Assembly: GCA_963829055.1 (NCBI GenBank)
Contig: CAWHHI010000020.1
Coordinates: forward strand, 576,001 to 640,000
Direction of reading: 5' to 3'
Source: an uncultured Gemmatimonadaceae bacterium
GTDB taxonomy: Bacteria; Gemmatimonadota; Gemmatimonadetes; Gemmatimonadales; Gemmatimonadaceae
DNA: 64,000 nt
Part shown: piece by piece, positions 55,405 through 64,000 of the stretch
How positions within the stretch are numbered: the first letter of the stretch is position 1
How the letters are laid out: the number at the start of each line of letters is the position of its first letter
The notes under the pieces: generated by a model
Database searches by the model: none
Told to the model about the DNA's origin: nothing
The model's input: only the letters and a program-made list of their open reading frames with translations
Translations under genes and position numbers: made by a program

Positions 55405-55464
55405 GCGCGAGCGGTATCGCTCAGGCGCTCGGGTCGGCCCAGGCGCCTGGGTAGGTCTCCGGGG

Positions 55465-56667
55465 TCAGGGGCAGATGGGGCGGATGTCGACGACGTAGGT
55501 CTGGACGGGGCGGCTGGTGGAGCTGCCCCAGTTGGAGGCGAAGACGACGCGCTTGCCGTCGGGCGAGGCGGTCGGGAAGGGGGCCGAGTCGTAGTCGGTG
55601 TTGTTGGCCCGGTGGTGGGCGTAGCGCTCGACGCGCCCCCCGCCGTCGAGGTTGACCGCGTAGATCTCCCCGTCGAAGGCGTAGCCGGTGCGGTCGTTCG
55701 TCGCCGCGTAGCCCCAGCCCGGGCGGGCGGTGCTGCGGGTGCCGGCGTGCCAGTTGTAGCTCGTCACCGCCCCGGTGAGGTCCGTGATCGCCCCGCTGTC
55801 GAGCCGGCGGGCGATGAAGTGGTGCGCGTAGGGCGACTGGCCCACGGCGCCGAAGGCGACCTCGTTGCCGGCCGCGTCGAGCCCCAGGTCGTAGTGGCCG
55901 AAGGTGTAGTCCTGCCAGTAGCCGACCGGCGCCCCGGTCGCGCGCGACCAGACCCGGGTGCGCTGCCTGGCGCCGTCGATGACGCCGTAGGCGACCACGT
56001 AGCCGCCGCCCGCCGACACCGACACCCAGTCGAGGTCCGTCACGCCCGGCCGCCGTCAGGTCGATGACCGCGCCCGGCGCTGCCGCCGTCGACGTCGAGC
56101 ACGCGCGCCACCAGGTGGCCGTCGGAGGCGCGCACCGCCTTGGCCACCAGGTAGCGCCCGTCGTTCGACAGGTTCCCCTCGCTCGGCCCCATCTCGTTGG
56201 AGCGCGTAGCCGGCGACGGCCGGCACCCTGCACCGTGCCCGTGTTCGTGCGCACGTTCCAGTGCCGCACCGCCCCGTCGGGGGCCAGCGACACCGCCACG
56301 TCGGCCAGGCGCGGGTGCAGCCGCCACTCCCCGCCCCCCGGCGGGCCGCCGCGCGAGAACAGCGGCTGGTAGGTGGCGCCGTCGAGGAACAGGGTGAACC
56401 CGGTCCCCTTCATCTGCTTCAGCACCAGCAGCCGCTGGTCGGCCGTCCACACCGGGTCCTTCGAGTAGTTGTGGTAGGCCACCGTCGGCCACGTCCCCGA
56501 CACCCCGCCGCCGATCGGCGTGCCCGGGTCGCCGGTGATGCGCGTGATCGTGGTGCCGAAGTCCGGCTCGAGCACCGACTGCAGGTAGCCCGGCTTCGCC
56601 AGCGCCGTCGTCGCCCGCGCCCCCGTCGACGTCACCACGCTGCACGACCCCCCGCTCGGCGGCGTCG
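55465..56667. repeat. 1.2 kb direct repeat, copy A
   Basis: Near-identical to 61058-62256 (about a dozen substitutions and a few single-base indels by eye). Confidence 0.95.
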
Positions 56668-59078
56668 GCGCCACCGTCAGCACGGCCATACCGGTCTTTC
56701 CCTCACTCGTCGCGATGACGTTCGCGGTGCCAGCGGCCACCGTCGTAACCAGTCCGGTGGCGGAGACCTGGGCGACCGACGAAGCCGACGACGACCAAGT
56801 CACCGACCGCCCCGTCAGCACGTTCCCCGCCGCGTCCGTGAGCGACGCCGACGCCTGCGTGGTCTGACCCACGATGAGCGACGTCGACGACAGCGACACG
56901 GAGACGGTAGCCACCGGTATCGGCGAAACGGTGAGCGAGAGTGATCCGCTCTTTCCCTCGCTCGTCGCGGTCACCGTCACCGAGCCACTCGCGACGCCTT
57001 TCACCAGGCCGCTCGGCGAAACCGTCGCCACTGCTGTATTCGACGACGTCCAGCCCACGGTGCGTCCGGTGAGCTCGCGGCCGATCGCGTCCTTGATTGT
57101 CACGGTCACCGATAACGTCGACCCAACGACCAGCGACGTCGAGCTCGCCGATAGCGTTACGGTCGCCACCGGCGCGGGGGCCGGCGCGTCGATGGTCACC
57201 GTCGCGGCGCCGGTTTGATTCTCGCTCGTCGCTACGATCGATGCCGAACCCGCGCTCACGGCCGTCACCACTCCGGTAGGCGAAACCGTCGCCACGCCGG
57301 TGTTGGCGCTTGACCAGGTCACCGTGCGACCGGTCAACGGATTGCCCGCTGCATCCCGAAGGACCGCGGTTGCCTGTGTCGTCGCCCCGATCGCCACTGA
57401 CGCCGACGCCAGCGTCACCGACACTGACGCGACCGGCGCTGGCGGCGGCTCCGCGACGGTGACCGCTGTCGTGGAGCTGATGTCGTCAGCGACGGCGGAG
57501 ATCGTGGCGCTTCCGCCGCCCATCGCCTTCACCAATCCCGCCGGTCCGACGGTCGCCACCGCCGTGTTGGAGCTCGACCAATTCACTGCGCGATCGGCGA
57601 GCGGCACGCCCGATGCGTCGCGCACGGTAGCCGAAAGCGTCGCGGTATCACCTGTTGTGAGCGAGAGGCTGGCCGGAGACACGACGACGGACGCGGCAGG
57701 AATCACCGTGACCGACACGGGGGCCGACGAGGCCAGCCCACTGGACGACGCCTGAACGGATGTGCTGCCGATCGCGGCGGCGCTGACAGCGCCGGATGCC
57801 GTGACGGGCGCGACTGCGCTGTTCGCGCTCGCCCATTTGATCGTTTGGTTCGGGATGGCGACTCCCTTCGCGTCGCGCACCTCCGCCTGCAGCTGCGTAT
57901 TCTGGCCGACCGTGAGCGAGACGCTCGACGGGAGGATGGCGATCGATGCCGGCACGGGTGCGCTGATGGTCAGCGACGCGTTGCCGATTTTCGCTTCGCA
58001 GATGGCGCTGATGGTCACGGACCCGTTCGCGACAGCGGTCACGAGGCCCTTGGAGTCCACCGCGGCGAGCGCGGGATTGGAGCTCTGCCAGGCGATGGTG
58101 CGCCCCGTCAGGACGTTGCCCTGCGCGTCCTTCACGGTGGCGGTGGCTTGCGTGGTCTGTCCGACCGACAGCGTCCCGCTGCCTAACGACACGCCGACCG
58201 TGGCCGCCGGCACGCCAAGCACGTTCACGGACGCCGTGGCTTTCTTGCTCTTCGACTGCGCCGTGATGATCGCGAGTCCCTTCGCGACACCCGTGACGAG
58301 GCCAGCGTCCGAGACGGTGGCAATCGATGGATTCGAGGACGACCACTTTGGAACGACACCGCTCACGATGCGTCCGTTGTCATCGAGCGCGGAGGCGGTG
58401 AGCTGCAGGCTTTCGCCAGGAAGGATCGAGGCGTTCAGCGGTGCCACCGTGAGGGACGACGTCGATCCACGAAGGACGTCGACCGAGGCCGACGCCGTGA
58501 CGCCGCTCAGCTGCGCACTGATCGTCACCGATCCCTCTTCGAGACCGGTCATCACGCCATCAGCGCTGATGGTCGCCACCGTCGGATCGGAGCTCACCCA
58601 CTGAACGCTCGCCCCACTTGCCGCAACCGTCCCCGCCGCGGTGGTCGTCGACGCGACGAGACGGAGCGAATCGCCGAGCATAACGAGTGCGGCTCCAGGC
58701 AACACCGCGAGCGACGGCGGCGACTGAATGATGACGGTCGCGGTGTCTGGCGCGGCGCCCGCCTGAACGATGATGTGAGCGACACCAGGCGTTAGGCCCG
58801 CGACCAGCCCCGCGGCCGAAACAGTCGCGACGGACGGGTTGTCGGATCGCCATTCGACCGCGTGATCACGGGTGACGTTCCGATCGTCGAAGACGCGAGC
58901 GGTCAGCTGGGAGCTGGCCCCGGTCGTTATGGTATCTGCTTTTGGTGAGACCGAGACGCGAAAGGCTGATGGTGGGCGTGCTACTGCTGCCCGGGCTCAT
59001 GGAGTCGGGGCTGCAGCCCTCGACCATGACGCTCATGACGAGTAAGGACGCCGTGACCGTGCGGATAAGCGGTCGCAT
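55465..59078 (-). CDS. Lipoprotein with about nine Big_2 Ig-like repeats and the shared beta-propeller-like C-terminal domain (frameshifted)
   Basis: Lipobox VEGC; nine W.S....VA.V..G repeats; C-terminus ASPDGKRVVFASNWG...DIRPICP. Confidence 0.8.
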
Positions 59079-59096
59079 GGACCCCTCCGTGAGGGT

Positions 59097-59196
59097 ACGT
59101 TCGGCGGCTCGGCCGGCGTGGCACGCGACCCGACGCGTGCGGTAGCCCCGTTGGCTTTGCGTCCCCGGCTTTCGCCGGGTTTGCCCTTGTCGCGTC
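59097..59196 (-). ncRNA. c-di-GMP-I (GEMM-I) riboswitch
   Basis: GCGACAAGGGCAAACCCGGC-GAAA-GCCGGGGACGCAAAGCC..GGGGCTA...GCCGAGCCGCCG, directly upstream of the 59078 ATG. Confidence 0.9.
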
Positions 59197-59436
59197 ACCC
59201 TCAGGGGGTGGTGCGATCTTGCCAATCAGTTTTCGATGACGTCCGGATGACGACCCGCGCTTTGGGCGCGTCACCCGCACGGCGGCACGGTCCTTCACGC
59301 GACCCCCATTTTGTCGCGTGATCACATCGTTAGGCGGTCCGGCGGCGCAGAGTTACTGTGATGCAGCGCTCATTCAACGACAGCGCGTCGGGACAGTGCA
59401 ACCATCATGGCGAAATGCGAGTGCCGCGCGATCACG

Positions 59437-60813
59437 TTAGGCACCGTGCGATGGCTGTTCGTCACGATGCCGGCCTCTCCACCACGTGACGAGCCCCATC
59501 GCGGCCAGCACGCACACGAACGGCATCGCCGGATGACGGAAACGGCCGACACCCACGGGCCCGCCGGCTATGGTGATGAAGTAGGCGATGCTCAGCACCG
59601 AGAGCAGCACCGCCGGGTCGAGTGTACGATGTTCGGCAAGCCACCCCCGTACTGCCAGGGCGTACATGAAGACGAGAAACATCCCGAGCACGCCGAGCAA
59701 CACGAAGGCGAGCAGGTTCGTGTGCAGGATGCGCCGGATCCCGGCTGCGAGCCCATCGGTCACGACCACGCTCAGCACACCGCTGTTCCCCTCGTACAGC
59801 CCGTACGACTGCAGCAGCGAGAGTGCGCCCGGGTCGAGCATCACGCGCGTCATGCCGGCGACGTGAATTCGCGCGTAGAGCGGAAGGTTCGCCTTGACGA
59901 TCCGGCCGCCTTCAGCGCCCATGTAGGTGAAGCGGCGCCCTCGCGACCACGTTGCCTGCTCCGGGTGACGCCGCAGGTAGACGCGGCCGTCGTGGTAGCC
60001 CCACGCCGTTTGCACGTCAGCGTAGGATCTCCCTTCTCTCCTCGCCTCGACGGCCGCGGCGTTGTAGAAGTACATGTTGACGGCCGAGATCGCGGAAAAT
60101 CCGCCAAAGTCGAGCGCTCGATTCCGGATGTGCCACGGCGCAACGATCGACAGAGCCACCACCGTCGCGAGCACGAAGTGGCTCAGCCGACGCCAATCAC
60201 GAGCGGCGATCGCCGCCGCGGCGAGGAACGCCAACAGTCCAAACGAGAGGTAGTACCCGGCCGGACGGACGTACGCCGCAACCGAAAGGAGCGCAGTCCC
60301 GGCCAGGAGCGCGGAGCGCTTCGGCGCGCGAACATACGCGACCAACAGGGCGACGGCCCAGACGACGAGGAGTGTGAAGAGCGTCTCCGTGCCTAACGCG
60401 GATGTCGCTCTGACCGAGATCGGTTCGAACGCGTAGAGCGCAGCCGCAATGAGCCCTGCGCGCGCGTCGCCCGTTACCCTGCGCGCAACGACGAACACAC
60501 CCAGCGTCGTGAGCACCGACAGCGCCACCTGGATCACGATCGTGACCGGAACCACATGTCCCGACCAGAGCCCGACGACCAGAAGGAGCGGATAGCCGGG
60601 CGTGCGCTCGAGCTCGGGGATTCCACGCACCGCGAAGGTTCCGCGGGCCAGCAGCTCACGCGCCGGTGCCAGGTACGACTCGCTGTCCTGCTCGATGAAC
60701 ACGCTCGGATCGCGCGTTACCAGCCACGCTCCGAGCGCGTACGCCATGCGAACCGCCGCGGCAATGACGAGCAGCCAGATCAGCAGTTCCCGCTCCCGCG
60801 GTTGCGCTCGCAT
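59437..60813 (-). CDS. ArnT/PMT-like (GT-C) membrane glycosyltransferase
   Basis: QDSESYL, RTPGYPL, TETLF, YVRP, PWHIRN, RFRHPAMP; multi-TM. Confidence 0.78.
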   Translation of the reverse strand: MRAQPRERELLIWLLVIAAAVRMAYALGAWLVTRDPSVFIEQDSESYLAPARELLARGTFAVRGIPELERTPGYPLLLVVGLWSGHVVPVTIVIQVALSVLTTLGVFVVARRVTGDARAGLIAAALYAFEPISVRATSALGTETLFTLLVVWAVALLVAYVRAPKRSALLAGTALLSVAAYVRPAGYYLSFGLLAFLAAAAIAARDWRRLSHFVLATVVALSIVAPWHIRNRALDFGGFSAISAVNMYFYNAAAVEARREGRSYADVQTAWGYHDGRVYLRRHPEQATWSRGRRFTYMGAEGGRIVKANLPLYARIHVAGMTRVMLDPGALSLLQSYGLYEGNSGVLSVVVTDGLAAGIRRILHTNLLAFVLLGVLGMFLVFMYALAVRGWLAEHRTLDPAVLLSVLSIAYFITIAGGPVGVGRFRHPAMPFVCVLAAMGLVTWWRGRHRDEQPSHGA

Positions 60814-60962
60814 TAAATGAATGGCGGTCCGTCCAACGCTCAATGAGCGGTACAAGCAAGGCAGCGCTGACGAACGATGCAAGGCGTCGATCCCGTGGCC
60901 GGTGTCGCGACGCAGTGAATGGCGTCGGTGAGCTGCGGCGTTAGCGGCGCGCGTGTCAACGC

Positions 60963-60998
60963 CAAGTGGGGGGCACCTGACTAGGTGCCCCCCACTTG
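60963..60998. terminator. Perfect 16-bp inverted repeat (terminator or REP-like)
   Basis: CAAGTGGGGGGCACCT-GACT-AGGTGCCCCCCACTTG, 60 bp after the 61058 stop. Confidence 0.7.
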
Positions 60999-61057
60999 TT
61001 ACGTCGACCTCACCCTGCCTCCCTCACCCTGCATCGGGCGCGGGAGCGGGCCCCGCG

Positions 61058-62256
61058 TCAGGGGCAGATGGGGCGGATGTCGACGACGTAGGTCTGGACG
61101 GGGCGGCTGGTGGAGCTGCCCCAGTTGGAGGCGAAGACGACGCGCTTGCCGTCGGGCGAGGCGGTCGGGAAGGGGGCCGAGTCGTAGTCGGTGTTGTTGG
61201 CCCGGTGGTGGGCGTAGCGCTCGACGCGCCCCCCGCCGGCGAGGTTCACCGCGTAGATCTCCCCGTCGAAGGCGTAGCCGGTGCGGTCGTTCGTCGCCGC
61301 GTAGCCCCAGCCCGGGCGGGCGGTGCTGCGGGTGCCGGCGTGCCAGTTGTAGCTCGTCACCGCCCCGGTGAGGTCCGTGATCGCCCCGCCGTCGAGCCGG
61401 CGGGCGATGAAGTGGTGCGCGTAGGGCGACTGGCCCACGGCGCCGAAGGCGACCTCGTTGCCGGCCGCGTCGAGCCCCAGGTCGTAGTGGCCGAAGGTGT
61501 AGTCCTGCCAGTAGCCGACCGGCGCCCCGGTGGCCCGCGACCAGAGCCGGGTGCGCTGCCGGGCGCCGTCGATGACGCCGTAGGCGACCACGTAGCCGCC
61601 GCCCGCCGACACCGACACCCAGTCGAGGTCCGTCACCCCGGCCGCCGTCAGGTCGATGACCGGCCCGGCGCTGCCGCCGTCGACGTCGAGCACGCGCGCC
61701 ACCAGGTGGCCGTCGGAGGCGCGCACCGCCTTGGCCACCAGGTAGCGCCCGTCGGCCGACAGGTTCCCCTCGCTCGGCCCCATCTCGTTGGAGCCGTAGC
61801 CGGCGACGGCCGGCACCCGCACCGTGCCCGTGTTCGTGCGCACGTTCCAGTGCCGCACCGCCCCGTCGGGGGCCAGCGACACGGCCACGTCGGCCAGGCG
61901 CGGGTGCAGCCGCCACTCCCCGCCCCCCGGCGGGCCGCCGCGCGAGAACAGCGGCTGGTAGGTGGCGCCGTCGAGGAACAGGGTGAACCCGGTCCCCTTC
62001 ATCTGCTTCAGCACCAGCAGCCGCTGGTCGGCCGTCCACACCGGGTCCTTCGAGTAGTTGTGGTAGGCCACCGTCGGCCACGTCCCCGACACCCCGCCGC
62101 CGATCGGCGTGCCCGGGTCGCCGGTGATGCGCGTGATCGTGGTGCCGAAGTCCGGCTCGAGCACCGACTGCAGGTAGCCCGGCTTCGCCAGCGCCGTCGT
62201 CGCCCGCGCCCCCGTCGACGTCACCACGCTGCACGACCCCCCGCTCGGCGGCGTCG
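61058..62256. repeat. 1.2 kb direct repeat, copy B
   Basis: Near-identical to 55465-56667; begins exactly at the stop codon. Confidence 0.95.
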
Positions 62257-63107
62257 CCACCGTGCTGCTCCCGCTCACCGTCGAGCACCGCCGTGCCGGA
62301 TACGCCACCGGCCGTGGCCGTGATCGTCGCCGTGCCCGCACCGAGCGCCGTAGCGAGACCGGCGGCGGTCACACTGGCCACCGAAGGAGCAGAGCTAGTC
62401 CACGACACGGTCTGTCCGGTCAACGCGTTGCCGTTTGCATCTTCGAGGGTCGCGGTAGCCTGCGCCGTCTGAGCAATCGTGATCGACGCAGCGCTCAACG
62501 CGACAGAAACGCTCGCGACGGCGACGGGCCCCGGAGCGGGAGCGCTCGAAATGACGCTCTCGCCCCACTTCTGGCTGTTGTCGCCGTTTCGGCAGTTATC
62601 AATGTAGAGCGTTGTTCCATCGACGGGATGGCCGTTAAAGGAAATGCAGAGGCCGTTGATTCCCTTGATCCGTCCGCCGCTCGTCAGCGTCCACTGCTGG
62701 TTGGCCCGTCCGTGGCAACCCCAGATCACGATTCGGTCGCCGACGTTACCCTCAGCGGTGTAAGCATCGAGGCAGTAGCCCGACCCGATCTTGATGAGGC
62801 GGTCGGGCGTCAACTCGAATTTCTGGGAAGTTGTACCGGCGCACGGCTGAAGCTCGACCCGAGCTCCGTCGTACATCGACCCATTGCGAATCGTCATGCA
62901 CTTCGAATCCTGCCAGCTAGAGTTGATGGTGGCGACGACTGATCCGTTCGATACATCAACGACGGCGAGAGAGGGGTTGACGACGTTGTCCGGGCTGACC
63001 ATGCCGGGAGAGTCGGGAGAACAGGCCGCGAGCTGGAGGGCGAATACGAAAACCGAGAACGCCACAGCGCGGCTAGCCGACTTGGGTCGGCTGGCAAGGA
63101 ATTGCAT
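61058..63107 (-). CDS. Lipoprotein with a ricin-B lectin, one Big_2 domain and the shared beta-propeller-like domain (frameshift near 62285)
   Basis: Lipobox LAAC; QxW/QxF ricin repeats (SQKF, NQQW, SQKW); WTSSAPSVASV; C-domain as in 55465. Confidence 0.82.
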
Positions 63108-63125
63108 CTTACAGCTTCCTCCGGG

Positions 63126-63230
63126 TACAACGGCGGCTCGACTGGCGTGACCCGCGCACACCCTGCGCGCGAACGGTAGCCTCGTAGCTTTGCGTCGCCG
63201 GCTTTAGCCGGTTTTGCCTTTGTCGCGTGC
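63126..63230 (-). ncRNA. c-di-GMP-I (GEMM-I) riboswitch
   Basis: GCGACAAAGGCAAAACCGGC-TAAA-GCCGGCGACGCAAAGCTACGAGGCTA...GTCGAGCCGCCG, upstream of the 63107 ATG. Confidence 0.85.
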
Positions 63231-63461
63231 CCCCGGAAGGGGCGCTGCGATCCTGCCGTCAGTTTGGTGTGAGCTGAAACTGTACGGGATCGCTCTAGGC
63301 CCTACAATTATTCAGGCAATTAGGTTGCTTTAAGTTTTGTCTGCCTCGGTCAGGATGGTTTAAGACTTTCTCAGGAAAGCGTTTGGGTTACTCGCGCGTT
63401 TTAGAAAATGCCAATGTCTTTGGTTATGACTGGCTAATGAGTCAACGAACCGTCTGCCAGG

Positions 63462-64000
63462 TCAGGGCACACGGAGACCATCTCGCCGCAGCGCCAGACG
63501 GGCGCGGAGAACACCTGTAACCACCTGCTTGAACACGGCAGGATTTCCGTTGTAGCCGAACCGGGGCAGAAGGAACGGCGATTCAGTCGACGAATGCCAC
63601 AGCGACGCCGTCGCATATCCTGGCGTCGCAGTCACCGCGGTCTCGAATCCAAGCGCCCGCAGGTTTGCGGGTTCACGACGGGAAATGTCCTGCGGACCTC
63701 CGTTTGGATAACAAAAGATCGGCACCGCCCCGGGCGTCTGTTCGCGCAGCCGTAGCCATGAGCCTTCGATTTCCCGACGTGCGGAGGCATCGTCCAGCTG
63801 CGACATGATGGGATGCGTGATGGTATGCGGTCCGAACGACACACCCTGTCGTGCAAAGCCGCGAATCTCGTCCCAGGTCATCGGCGCAAACTCGGCGGGC
63901 GCGTGTGCGGGTAGGTCCACGCCGAGCAGCCGCTCAACCTCCCCGAGAACGCGCCGCCTCTCCGTGTCCGATACACGCTTGACATGCTCGGTCAGAGCCC
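63462..64000 (-). CDS. Polysaccharide deacetylase (CE4/NodB-like), partial
   Basis: MTWDEI, FGPHTITHPIM, FCYPNG, AVTAT.G, LLPRF; 5' end outside the window. Confidence 0.85.
   Translation of the reverse strand, partial: ALTEHVKRVSDTERRRVLGEVERLLGVDLPAHAPAEFAPMTWDEIRGFARQGVSFGPHTITHPIMSQLDDASARREIEGSWLRLREQTPGAVPIFCYPNGGPQDISRREPANLRALGFETAVTATPGYATASLWHSSTESPFLLPRFGYNGNPAVFKQVVTGVLRARLALRRDGLRVP

Noticed and set aside
456..60398. Telomere-like repeat explanation for the TTAGG core
   Set aside because: The copies are dispersed singletons in both orientations inside genes, not tandem arrays.
55465..62256. Diversity-generating retroelement (TR/VR pair) for the 1.2 kb repeat
   Set aside because: Some differences fall on adenines, but several are G/C swaps. 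The repeat is far longer than a TR, both copies are coding, and no reverse transcriptase is in the window.
1924..62300. Mass pseudogenisation or programmed frameshifting
   Set aside because: Dozens of single-base indels hit unrelated genes with otherwise intact motifs and few premature stops, which fits long-read consensus error better.

Overview
High-GC bacterial DNA whose gene families (BTAD/TPR regulators, ADOP permeases with PadR, Big_2 lipoproteins) suggest Gemmatimonadota or Acidobacteriota; this is inference. Many single-base frameshifts look like long-read errors. Left half: pnuC/NadR-type salvage genes, a six-gene operon of uncharacterised envelope proteins divergent from a membrane-anchored SARP/BTAD-TPR regulator, a PQQ dehydrogenase, a second broken BTAD regulator, REP-like hairpins and three ADOP permeases with PadR. 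Right half (25-64 kb): a large Wzy-type surface polysaccharide locus with CapD/PglC/PglE/PglD-like genes, Wza/Wzc, a MurJ-like flippase, glycosyltransferases, three AsnB amidotransferases, an ACP-NadE-AsnB-acyl-CoA ligase module, a GT-C and a deacetylase. Embedded in it are three lipoproteins that share an uncharacterised C-terminal beta-propeller-like domain. Two of them carry this domain as a near-identical 1.2 kb repeat, and each of those two lies behind a c-di-GMP-I riboswitch with a conserved extra 5' hairpin. The two main polysaccharide operons share one promoter architecture. Across the window, the non-palindromic octamer CGTTAGGC/GCCTAACG occurs about 45 times on both strands, far above expectation, like an uptake or binding signature.
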